DNA of 32,000 nucleotides from Prochlorococcus marinus str. NATL2A (GCF_000012465.1 NC_007335.2:360001-392000), one strand, 5' to 3'. Shown: positions 12,814-23,944, numbered from the stretch's first letter. Notes: generated by a model from the letters alone, not told the origin. A program made the numbers and translations.

Positions 12814-12961
12814 CTGCATAGATTAGAAAGAATAAAGCATCTCATGGATGCATAATTCTGATTTTTTTAATTTAGCCTCAAAACTAAATTACTTAGATCT
12901 AGAATTCATGTTTAATTCTTGAGTAAAAGCCGAGCACAATTGATTTTGTGATTGTATTTAA

Positions 12962-15838
<2,877 letters not shown>

Positions 15839-15926
15839 TTTTGCTTTTACTCAATTTATTGCTTTATTCTTTTTGTTTATTTTTTAATAATTTCTATGCA
15901 GTCTTCAGGGTTCATAAATAACACTA

Positions 15927-16043
15927 TCCTGGTGTTCATGGCGATGTGGAACCACTCCGATCCATCTCGAACTCGGTTGTGAAACGCATCAGCGGCGACG
16001 ATATTTGGGGGGTAGCCCCCTGAGAAAATAGCTCAATGCCAGG
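15927..16043 (+). rRNA. rrf: 5S ribosomal RNA
   Basis: TCCTGGTGTTCATGGCGATGTGGAACCACTCCGATCCATCTCGAACTCGG...GCCAGG. The terminal helix CCTGG/CCAGG closes the molecule. Confidence 0.9.
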
Positions 16044-16055
16044 TAAAATATTATA

Positions 16056-16083
16056 AAGAAGGGTCTCTAGGGGCCCTTCTTTT
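16056..16083. terminator. Bidirectional intrinsic terminator between rrn operon and mutM
   Basis: AGAAGGG (16057-16063) pairs with CCCTTCT (16074-16080). It is flanked by an A-rich 5' side and TTT on the 3' side, and lies between convergent 5S and mutM. Confidence 0.6.
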
Positions 16084-16091
16084 ATGGAAAA

Positions 16092-16940
16092 TTATTTTTG
16101 GCAATTAGGACACCAGTGTGTGCTCCTTCCACAGATCTTTTCTCGCAATATCTTTTCTCCACATTTTTTACAATTTTTACCGCTTCGTCTATATACCCAA
16201 GCTTGTCCGCCATAATTTCCATTAATTCCCTCTAAATCTCTAAAGTCACTAAAAGTTGTGCCTCCCTCTCCAATACTTATATTTAAAATTTTGACCAGAC
16301 TATTGCAAAGCCTTTTTAATTCAGTACTTTTTAAATTTCTACTTTCTTTTTTTGGATTAATCCCTGCATCAAATAATGTTTCATCTGCATAGATATTTCC
16401 AACTCCAGCAACAGTTTCTTGATCTAATAAAGCAGATTTAATTGAGCGAGTTTTTTTCTTCAAATATTCTTCTAAATAATGACTATTAAAATCATCACTA
16501 AATGGCTCTGGGCCTAATCTTTTAATTCCAGATACTATCTCCGGAATTGATCTTGACGAGGGCACGTGCCACATTTGCCCAAAATTCCTAATATCTATAA
16601 AACGGAGTTCTCTCCCTCTCTCATCAAAAAATCTCACTCTCGTATGCTTGCATGCTAAAACTTCTTTCTCAAGTAATTTAAATTGGCCTGTCATTCTTAA
16701 GTGAACAACTAAAAAACCTTTGCTAAATTTTTCTTTTGTAAGCAGGGATCCTATTAAATATTTACCTCTTCTTTCCCAACTACCCAAATAACTATTTTTA
16801 ACACTAACTATGAAACTTTTTGATCCCCCATTACTTGCTATTGATCGCTCTTTTAATACTTCTATTCTTTCAATATAAAAATCATTTAAAAGTTTCTCAA
16901 GTCCTTTTCTAACTGTCTCAACTTCAGGTAATTCTGGCAA
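16092..16940 (-). CDS. mutM: Formamidopyrimidine-DNA glycosylase
   Basis: N-terminal MPELPEVE, and a C-terminal zinc finger CKKCGEKILREKICGRSTHWCPNCQ. Confidence 0.92.
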   Translation of the reverse strand: MPELPEVETVRKGLEKLLNDFYIERIEVLKERSIASNGGSKSFIVSVKNSYLGSWERRGKYLIGSLLTKEKFSKGFLVVHLRMTGQFKLLEKEVLACKHTRVRFFDERGRELRFIDIRNFGQMWHVPSSRSIPEIVSGIKRLGPEPFSDDFNSHYLEEYLKKKTRSIKSALLDQETVAGVGNIYADETLFDAGINPKKESRNLKSTELKRLCNSLVKILNISIGEGGTTFSDFRDLEGINGNYGGQAWVYRRSGKNCKKCGEKILREKICGRSTHWCPNCQK

Positions 16941-16954
16941 AAGTATTAATACTG

Positions 16955-17173
16955 CTAACTTGCTGCAGCTTCTAATTCTTTTACTGAAAATTGACTGGTA
17001 TTGGCTCCACCATCAACACCGCTAAAAGCTTTGAAATCACATTTATCGAATTTGACAGTTACTGGGTATCTCATTAATGGAGATTTATCTATAGAGACTA
17101 TTTCTCCAATTTGATTGAACCAGTATGATTCTTGGCGCAAGATGCGAACCTTATCTTTTCTTGCAAAGCTCAT
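16955..17173 (-). CDS. psaE: Photosystem I reaction centre subunit IV (PsaE)
   Basis: 72 aa. KVRILRQESYWFNQIGEIVSIDKSPLMRYPVTVKFDK matches the PsaE SH3-like core. Confidence 0.9.
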   Translation of the reverse strand: MSFARKDKVRILRQESYWFNQIGEIVSIDKSPLMRYPVTVKFDKCDFKAFSGVDGGANTSQFSVKELEAAAS

Positions 17174-17375
17174 CTGACTTACCTAAAAGACTTTAATATC
17201 ATTATTATCTATCAGAACAGGAGATATTTGTAGATGTGTCACAGACTGTCGCTGGCATTTTAAAAAATTAGATCTTTTTTAAAAGATTTTTTACTTAAAG
17301 ACATAAATAATTCATATTGATTCCTGGGCAAATTTTCAATTAGCTTTGAAATGTTAATCCTTTAAAGATTTTTTT

Positions 17376-18425
17376 GTGATACCACAGCCATCGTTAGACC
17401 CATCTTCTCTTAGCTTTGATTTGCCTGACCCTGATCAAGATGACCTAAGTAATATTGATTTCATAAAGAGATTAGAGAATGCATGGTCAATATGTGAGCA
17501 GTTTGATTTGCAAACAGAAATTTGGCGAGGAAGAATCTTACGTGTTGTAAGAGATAGAGAAAAGAGAGGCGGGGATGGCAGAGGTACAGGTTTTTTGCAG
17601 TGGCTTAGGGAGATGGATATTAGTAAAAGCAAAGCCTATTCCCTTATCCAACTAGCTGATTCCTCTGATAATCTCGTGGTTGATGGAATTCTTGAAGAAG
17701 CGAGTGTAAATAATTTTTCTAAAAGAGCTTTTATAGAAACAGCCCAAGCTGAGCCTGAGATTCAACATATGATTTCTGAGGCTGCTAATGAAGGGAGGGA
17801 CATAACAAGAAGACAAGTAAAGAGTTTAACTGATCAATTCATGGCCGCAACCAGCACTCTTTTGCCTGATGAAATTAGAGAAAAAACACAATCAAATTTA
17901 TTGCCAGCCAAGTTTGTGGCGCCACTAGTAAGAGAATTATCCAAGTTGACGCCTATTCAGCAGGAAGAAATCTGCGAAACTTTAAGAGAAAATCCTGAAA
18001 TTGAGTCAGTAAAAGATATGACGAATACTGCTAAATGGATGGGCAAGTCTTTAGATGCATCTTTAGCATTGAGGGCTTTTCAAAATAAGAATTTAAATTT
18101 AGATAAAGCTACTCAAGAAGCTCTCAGGTTGGATTCCTTAGGATTACTTTCAGATGCTTTTGGACAAGCAAAAACTATAGAGAGTTCTATTTTGAAGTTT
18201 CATTCTGCTTGGAAAAGATTAGAAGGCTTGCAAGAGAGACTATGGGTCGAGTCGGGTAGTAGCACTCCATATTTAAGAGAGCTTTTAGACACCCTTCAAA
18301 CGCTCACTGGTTCAACAATAAGAGTTTCTCTTGGAGAACTTTCAGGAGGAAAAAGATTGAGATTACAACTTGTTGAGGAAGACTCTGAAAGATTGGAACC
18401 TCCCTCTCTTGAAATAAATAAATAA
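17376..18425 (+). CDS. Conserved hypothetical protein with a possible N-terminal helix-turn-helix
   Basis: 349-aa ORF with a GTG start and no in-frame ATG for about 78 codons. The segment GFLQWLREMDISKSKAYSLIQLA looks HTH-like. No family recognised. Confidence 0.6.
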   Translation: MIPQPSLDPSSLSFDLPDPDQDDLSNIDFIKRLENAWSICEQFDLQTEIWRGRILRVVRDREKRGGDGRGTGFLQWLREMDISKSKAYSLIQLADSSDNLVVDGILEEASVNNFSKRAFIETAQAEPEIQHMISEAANEGRDITRRQVKSLTDQFMAATSTLLPDEIREKTQSNLLPAKFVAPLVRELSKLTPIQQEEICETLRENPEIESVKDMTNTAKWMGKSLDASLALRAFQNKNLNLDKATQEALRLDSLGLLSDAFGQAKTIESSILKFHSAWKRLEGLQERLWVESGSSTPYLRELLDTLQTLTGSTIRVSLGELSGGKRLRLQLVEEDSERLEPPSLEINK

Positions 18426-18426
18426 T

Positions 18427-19287
18427 TTAAAAATTAAAATCCTGATCACAAAAATCGTTAATTAATTTAAATTCAAAATCAGTTTCAGGGAAATACCAAC
18501 TTGTCCAGTAAGAATTAATTAATGTATTGTTTAAAACTCTCTTTTTGCAGCTAAGAGCTAAATAGAAAGTTTTATTTTTCTTTGTTTTTGATTGAGCAAT
18601 ATAGTTGCCATCAAAATATGTCCAATCTGACCAATTGATCATTAATGATCCATATTTTATCCATTTTAAAGGTTTATCTTTTCTTAATCTTAATTTAATA
18701 TTAGGCTTGATTTTTATAGGATCAGTTAATTTATTTAAAGTCTTAAGTTGCTCTATAGGTATTTTGTGCAGATATGCGATGGTTGAAAGATCTTCTGTCT
18801 TAGTGGTTTTATGATAAAAAACTTTTTTACTTGCTACTTTAATATTTTCAATATTAATTTCTTTCTTATATTTAGCTCCTTTTGGTAATAAGATAATCTG
18901 ATTAAGTTTAAGATAAGAATCTTTTCTTAGATTATTCACGGAAATAATATCATTTAGACTTACGTTGTAATCTCTTGAAATCTTGTAAAGAGTATCTCCT
19001 TCTATCACTTTATAAGTTAGGTGTTCATTCTTTTTGTGTTTATCAATTCCTGTATGAGGTATAATTATAACTTCACCTTCTATTATTTTTGTAGCATCAT
19101 TGAGATTGTTTTTATACATTAGTTCTTTTAAAGTAACTCCATATTGCTTGGATATTTTGAAAAGGGTGTCCCCACTTTTTGCGACAATTTTTGTTTCTGA
19201 ACTAACTTTTAAAGGAAATATTGATAAGAGAAATATAATGCTATTTATATAAAATAAACCGATAGGTGTTTTTATATTTTTGATCAT
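18427..19287 (-). CDS. Secreted LysM-domain (peptidoglycan-binding) protein
   Basis: N-terminal signal-like hydrophobic segment. Two LysM repeats: VAKSGDTLFKISKQYGVTLKELMYKNNL...IIIP and YKVIEGDTLYKISRDYNVSLNDIISVNNL...ILLP. Confidence 0.8.
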   Translation of the reverse strand: MIKNIKTPIGLFYINSIIFLLSIFPLKVSSETKIVAKSGDTLFKISKQYGVTLKELMYKNNLNDATKIIEGEVIIIPHTGIDKHKKNEHLTYKVIEGDTLYKISRDYNVSLNDIISVNNLRKDSYLKLNQIILLPKGAKYKKEINIENIKVASKKVFYHKTTKTEDLSTIAYLHKIPIEQLKTLNKLTDPIKIKPNIKLRLRKDKPLKWIKYGSLMINWSDWTYFDGNYIAQSKTKKNKTFYLALSCKKRVLNNTLINSYWTSWYFPETDFEFKLINDFCDQDFNF

Positions 19288-19331
19288 CTCTAGGCTAATT
19301 GATTATCTATTTTATAGATATTAAATTTACT

Positions 19332-20711
19332 TTAACCTATTAATTTATTAAGTAAAGACAAATCTAACTTATAAGGAGGGTATCTGAAGTTTAGATCTAA
19401 CCAAAAAGGTCTTTTTAGGACTGATTTGTAATGAGTAAAGTTATCAAAACCTGCTTTGCCGTGGTATTTCCCCATGCCACTTGTTCCGACGCCTCCAAAA
19501 GGCAGTTCAGGTATCCCTGCCTGTAGAACAACATCATTGAAACAAACACCTCCTGAAGAGGTCATAGAGAGTACTTTACCTTGTTCTTTCTCACCTCCTC
19601 CAAAAAGATATAAAGCAAGGGGTTTAGGCAATAACTTGAAATCTGAAATAGCTTGGTCGAGATTTTTAATACTTAAAATAGGCAGCAATGGGCCAAAAAG
19701 TTCTTCCTTCATAAGAGGATCATTTCTATTGTCAATTTTGATCAATGTAGGGCTAATTCTTTTCTCTTTTTCATTGCTATCTCCTCCATAGATTATCTGG
19801 TTATTCTTTTTAGCTTGTGTTAGTAAATTATTAAGTCTATTAAATTGCTTTTCATTGATAATGCTCCCCAGATGTTTTGAATCTAAAGGCGTATTTCCGT
19901 AGAAATCATTGATCGAATTTATTAAATTAGAAATTAATGAATCAAAAAGTTTATCCTCAACCAGTAAATGATCCGGAGCAATACATGTTTGACCAGCGTT
20001 TAGACTTTTTCCCCATATAACTCTCTTTGAAGTTACTTCTAGATTTGCACCATCGATAACAACAGCTGGGCTTTTGCCACCAAGTTCTAAAGTTACTGGA
20101 GTGAGGTTTTTTGAGGCGGCTTCCATTACTTTTTTCCCTATATTTTCTCCACCTGTAAAAAAGACGTGATCAAATTGTCGAGTCATTAAATCAGCAGCAA
20201 TATTTCCATCTCCTTCAAAAACTTGCACGATCTCTGGTGGGAAATATTTTTCTATAAGTTTTTTTATCAGATTTGAAACGTTAGGAGCATGCTCTGATGG
20301 CTTTAAAACAGCAGTGTTTCCAGCGGCTAATGCTCCTACTAGTGGTTGAAGGGTAAGCGAAAAAGGATAATTCCATGGCCCAATTATCAAAATGCAGCCC
20401 AACGGATCCGGCTGGACCAATGCTTGAGCTGGTTTAAGAGAGACAGGCACATTGATTTGCCTCGTCTTCATCCAATTAGATAAACTTTTCTGCGCCAGTT
20501 TTATTTCTTGCTTTACTGCAATAATCTCGAAGAACGCTTCTGTAGCTGGCTTCCCTAAATCTTGACTTAAGGCTTTTAATATTTCTTGCTGATGATTTTC
20601 TAATAAAGTTGATAAGGATTTAAGCTGTGCCCTTCTCCATTTCTCATTTCTTGTTTTGCCTGATAGAACTAGATCTTGTAATTGATGAAGTACGAAATTT
20701 TCTAATGACAT
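19332..20711 (-). CDS. NAD(P)+-dependent aldehyde dehydrogenase (class 3-like)
   Basis: 459 aa with ALDH motifs (GPWNYPF, FTGGENIGKKVM, ELGGKSP, catalytic GQTCIAPD, EELFGP). Confidence 0.9.
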   Translation of the reverse strand: MSLENFVLHQLQDLVLSGKTRNEKWRRAQLKSLSTLLENHQQEILKALSQDLGKPATEAFFEIIAVKQEIKLAQKSLSNWMKTRQINVPVSLKPAQALVQPDPLGCILIIGPWNYPFSLTLQPLVGALAAGNTAVLKPSEHAPNVSNLIKKLIEKYFPPEIVQVFEGDGNIAADLMTRQFDHVFFTGGENIGKKVMEAASKNLTPVTLELGGKSPAVVIDGANLEVTSKRVIWGKSLNAGQTCIAPDHLLVEDKLFDSLISNLINSINDFYGNTPLDSKHLGSIINEKQFNRLNNLLTQAKKNNQIIYGGDSNEKEKRISPTLIKIDNRNDPLMKEELFGPLLPILSIKNLDQAISDFKLLPKPLALYLFGGGEKEQGKVLSMTSSGGVCFNDVVLQAGIPELPFGGVGTSGMGKYHGKAGFDNFTHYKSVLKRPFWLDLNFRYPPYKLDLSLLNKLIG

Positions 20712-20793
20712 TGCTCATTACGATTTTCAATCCTTCTAACAAAATAAATCATAAGTTGAGGCTAAGGTCAGAGAAGATATTCCTATAAGTATT

Positions 20794-20821
20794 TTGACTT
20801 AGTCTTTGACTTCCGTATTAT
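20794..20821 (+). promoter_or_regulatory. Candidate sigma70-type promoter
   Basis: TTGACT (20794-20799), a 16-nt spacer, then TATTAT (20816-20821). The -35 is part of a direct repeat TTTGACTT x2. Lies about 95 nt upstream of the 20919 ORF. Confidence 0.3.
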
Positions 20822-20918
20822 GAACAGCTGCAGTGTTTTTTCTTGATTCTTGATAATATAAATTATGAAAACTTCAAAGATAAATGGATATTCACAGTAA
20901 ACAAGAAGAGAAAGATTT

Positions 20919-21242
20919 TTGAGTATTATTTACGAGTTACTTTTTTTGTATATCGGGCCTAAGATAGCAATCCTTACAAGTGAAAGATTGATTAATCATT
21001 TGTTAGTAGTCATTATATTCTCTTTGGCTTTTATAGGTGTTGCCGAGGTGATGTACTGGTTATATAAAAAAGAATATCTCAGAGCGAAAGCTAAATATCT
21101 AAGAGAATTAATAGATCAAAAAAATGATTTGAGTAGTTTAAATGAGCCTTTCTATGCATGTGTATATGAGAAATGGAACTCCGGAGAAATGCCTTTAACA
21201 GAAGCTAATACAATGTGCAGTCTAAAGTTTGAACATAATTAG
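20919..21242 (+). CDS. Hypothetical membrane protein
   Basis: 107-aa ORF with a TTG start (start uncertain). Two hydrophobic segments followed by a charged tail. No family recognised. Confidence 0.4.
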   Translation: MSIIYELLFLYIGPKIAILTSERLINHLLVVIIFSLAFIGVAEVMYWLYKKEYLRAKAKYLRELIDQKNDLSSLNEPFYACVYEKWNSGEMPLTEANTMCSLKFEHN

Positions 21243-21320
21243 CAAGTCTTCTAGAGATTGTTAATAATTTTATTGCTGTAAATTTAAGATAGAATTATAT
21301 TCTATTATGAAAAATATTTT

Positions 21321-22070
21321 ATGACTAACAAGTTTATTATTAGTAAATATTTTAGTTATGTAATAATAATTTTCTTCGTTGTTATTTTAAGTATTACTTT
21401 TATTCACTTGGATGTTAATATTATTGCTGATTTCTTTTATGATATTGTTAGCAGTTTAAATACGAATAACTTTTTCAGCTTAATATTAATTTTCTTATTA
21501 TTTATATTAAGATCCACTAGTATCATAATACCAGTTTTACCTGGAACAATATTTTCCGCTGCTGCTGGGTTTCAGTTTGGCTTTACGCAGGGGTTAGTTA
21601 TTATATTTTTTGCAGATTTTTTCTCTTGTTCAATATCATTTTTATTGGCTAGAAAATTAGGAAGAAAATTTATTACTAGATTACTTGGTTCAAGACAAAT
21701 GAGAAGAGTTGAAAGCATTAGTCAAGATTATCTAGAAAATAATTATTTCCTTATGACAGCTCTTTTGATGTCAGGGTTCTTTGATTTTGTTTGCTATGCC
21801 ATAGGACTGACAAAAATAACATGGAAAAGGTTTATGCCTGCTTTAATTTTTAGCATAATAATCTCAGATTCACCCTTTGTCGCCAGCGGTGTTGCCGCAA
21901 GAAAAATCAAGGATATTGGATTAAAAAATTTTTTACAAAAAATATTAAATGGAGAATTAGATACGATTTCTGGAAATTATCTTTTTCTATTCATAACATC
22001 GTTTTTAATAATATTTAGTTTGGCAATGATAAATATATATTTACAAAAAAGACCTAATATTATTAAGTAA
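21321..22070 (+). CDS. TVP38/TMEM64 (DedA-related, SNARE-associated) family membrane protein
   Basis: 249 aa and polytopic. The block PVLPGTIFSAAAGFQFGFTQGLVIIFFADFFSCSISFLLARKLGR resembles the TVP38/DedA core. Confidence 0.7.
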   Translation: MTNKFIISKYFSYVIIIFFVVILSITFIHLDVNIIADFFYDIVSSLNTNNFFSLILIFLLFILRSTSIIIPVLPGTIFSAAAGFQFGFTQGLVIIFFADFFSCSISFLLARKLGRKFITRLLGSRQMRRVESISQDYLENNYFLMTALLMSGFFDFVCYAIGLTKITWKRFMPALIFSIIISDSPFVASGVAARKIKDIGLKNFLQKILNGELDTISGNYLFLFITSFLIIFSLAMINIYLQKRPNIIK

Positions 22071-22080
22071 TTTATTGGTT

Positions 22081-22108
22081 AAAAAAAGCCCCTTCAGGGG
22101 CTTTTTTT
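22081..22108. terminator. Bidirectional intrinsic terminator
   Basis: A7-GCCCC-TTCA-GGGGC-T7, perfectly symmetric, between the convergent genes ending at 22070 (+) and 22125 (-). Confidence 0.75.
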
Positions 22109-22124
22109 GATTTGGTTATAGCTG

Positions 22125-22226
22125 CTAGCTTTGGTAAGACTTACCTCTATAGGTAAGTTGTACATGCTGCTTTTCTACAGCTGCTTTTTGCTGATTGTAC
22201 TTAAGACCTCTGTAGGTTAAAGACAT
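22125..22226 (-). CDS. Small DUF4278-like protein (YRG repeat, 33 aa)
   Basis: Hand-found ORF MSLTYRGLKYNQQKAAVEKQHVQLTYRGKSYQS with GGAG 8 nt upstream of the ATG. The twice-repeated TYRG motif is the hallmark I recall for cyanobacterial DUF4278. Confidence 0.6.
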   Translation of the reverse strand: MSLTYRGLKYNQQKAAVEKQHVQLTYRGKSYQS

Positions 22227-22487
22227 TTTTTTTCTCCGAAATATGCTCAAGTCCCCGTTCCTTGGCCTGAGTCAAACTGCGGCTCATCATTTGATGAGTT
22301 GAACGTTTTTTGTAGTTTTCGCTACACAATAATCATAAGCCTATTATCCTTTCCTCGGTGTTCAGCTTGTTACATAAAGCTTATTGTCCTTGCTGAAGTG
22401 AACTTTCTAAATTCTTATGATCTGTGACAGTTGAAAAACTTTACTGCTTGTTGCTTTCATTGGTATTAATCAACTTAATATTTATAT

Positions 22488-22579
22488 GTGAGGAGTTGAG
22501 ATCCTCCGCAGTGGAAACAAGGAAACACTTGCGACTGATCTCACAAAAAACCGCCTTGTTCAGAACGGGCGGTTTTTTT
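22488..22579 (+). ncRNA. yfr2: Yfr2-family sRNA (copy 1)
   Basis: GTGAGGAGTTGAGATCCTCCGCAGTGGAAACAAGGAAACACTTGCG... carries two GGAAACA motifs. It ends in the intrinsic terminator CCGCCTTGTTCAGAACGGGCGG-T7. A near-identical paralog lies at 26964. Confidence 0.8.
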
Positions 22580-22586
22580 GTGCCTA

Positions 22587-22889
22587 TTAATGCTCGTATC
22601 CAATATTGTTTTCAGGATTAGTAATAAAGAGAATCATTTGAAAGACTAGGTTTGAAGGTAATGAAATTTTTTTAAGAAGCAAAAGAGTTATGCCCTGCGT
22701 CACATTGAACTTCTCCTTCTTCTTAATCATGTCTTTTCTCCCAAAATTTATACATGTTGGAGAATTGTTTGCTCCTTTCAACAATAAAGGCATAAGAAGA
22801 ATTTGCCTCCTTTTGGTCATTAGGAATTTCTTCTGATGCAGACCCTTTGTGGATTTGATTAGAAAGTCAAAAGCAGAACAACTCCTCAT
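22587..22889 (-). CDS. Doubtful hypothetical ORF (100 aa, lysine/leucine rich)
   Basis: Open frame only. No SD and no recognisable family. Its 5' end overlaps the hairpin sRNA candidate on the other strand. Could be a chance ORF. Confidence 0.25.
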   Translation of the reverse strand: MRSCSAFDFLIKSTKGLHQKKFLMTKRRQILLMPLLLKGANNSPTCINFGRKDMIKKKEKFNVTQGITLLLLKKISLPSNLVFQMILFITNPENNIGYEH

Positions 22890-22952
22890 ACAATTCGTTC
22901 TGCAAATGAAGAGAGGGACTCAAGGTCGCTGATGCAGTAGGGTCCCTTTCTT
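22873..22952 (+). ncRNA. Yfr1-like hairpin sRNA variant (loop AACUCCUCAUAC)
   Basis: The 7-bp stem GCAGAAC/GTTCTGC encloses a 17-nt loop containing ACTCCTCATAC. A second hairpin AGGGAC/GTCCCT is followed by TTTCTT. Paralog of 26833..26892, with compensatory closing-pair change. Confidence 0.45.
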
Positions 22953-22989
22953 AATGCAATTAAAATGAGTTAAATCAATCTCATTTGTA

Positions 22990-23388
22990 GTGAGTATCTC
23001 CTGAATAAGATTGAGTTCCTATCTCTGATGGTGGATTATTGCCGAAGTCATCAACTAAGGCATCTGCTTCACTAGTGAAAAGTTTAGAAAACCATTGTCT
23101 AGCTCAATGATTGCAGTCCAACCTTTGTCTCTTTTTCTAGTCATAGAGATACCTCGTAGGAAGTAAGAGAGTGTTTGTTTGCCCCCTTCGAGTCCATCAG
23201 CCTTGGCATTGAACTAATTTACTAGTGTTCTCATTTTTACTCCTCTTAAGTGGACATCGATAGGGCTGAGGCCACCAAAGTATTTCTACGTTTTGGTTGG
23301 CTTCGTAGATCTTTTTTGGTAAGTGTAGATGTAAATCAAGATTCATAGCACTCTTGAAGATATAAAAAGGCAGATCTGTTAATGACAC
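22990..23388 (-). pseudogene. Possible degraded coding region (several short frames that can be joined by frameshifts)
   Basis: Three short minus-strand frames abut each other in different frames. They are the 63-aa GTG ORF 23197..23388, the fragment ...LEGGKQTLSYFLRGISMTRKRDKGWTAIIELDNGF..., and the fragment ...QWFSKLFTSEADALVDDFGNNPPSEIGTQSYSGDTHYK. No family recognised. Confidence 0.25.
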
Positions 23389-23596
23389 TAGGGAGAAATC
23401 TCACACCTCCTCATGTGAACAGAGAAAACTTTTTGTTCGGTCTCTGCAACGGTCCGAACAACCCCAACCTCTGATTCATTTCAGGAGTTTTTCTTTATGA
23501 GGCCAATGAGAGTTAATACTTTAGGGCTTTTATCCTATAGATATTTTCAATTAAGAGGAGTAGATATAAATCAAAGCACTATTAGGAGGTTAAACC

Positions 23597-23782
23597 ATGA
23601 CATGCGGCAATCCTTTTAAACATGCAATCGAAGACGTAAAGGAAACATTCTCGAAATCTTGTGGGGTTCCTATCCAGGGGAACGATTGGTGTGGTCTGGT
23701 TTCTAATTATGAAACTGATTTTGATGAGGTCGATTACGAGAATGAGTGTTTGCAGTTTGGTATCTGCTCAATGGACTACTAA
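23597..23782 (+). CDS. Small acidic cysteine-rich protein (61 aa), unknown function
   Basis: MTCGNPFKHAIEDVKETFSKSCGVPIQGNDWCGLVSNYETDFDEVDYENECLQFGICSMDY. A strong SD AGGAGGT (23584-23590) lies 6 nt upstream of the ATG. Contains 5 Cys. Confidence 0.55.
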   Translation: MTCGNPFKHAIEDVKETFSKSCGVPIQGNDWCGLVSNYETDFDEVDYENECLQFGICSMDY

Positions 23783-23809
23783 AAAATCCAACTAACAGGA
23801 GGTCTAATT

Positions 23810-23944
23810 ATGCCAGCAACCCGTAGTTTCAGATCTAATGGATCGAATCCCCTTTCATCAGTCTTTCTTTGGTTTTCTGTTCTTTTGATCTCGCTTGGAA
23901 TGCTTCCACACTTAATTCCTTATTACTTTCAGTTGAAATATTGA
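23810..23944 (+). CDS. Small membrane peptide (44 aa), unknown function
   Basis: Hand-found ORF MPATRSFRSNGSNPLSSVFLWFSVLLISLGMLPHLIPYYFQLKY. It has the identical SD geometry, AGGAGGT (23797-23803) then 6 nt then ATG. One TM helix. Confidence 0.45.
   Translation: MPATRSFRSNGSNPLSSVFLWFSVLLISLGMLPHLIPYYFQLKY

Noticed and set aside
22424-22621. 65-aa plus-strand ORF
   Set aside because: It is fully explained by the Yfr2-family sRNA gene (22488-22579) and its terminator. The paralogous copy at 26964 has no equivalent ORF.
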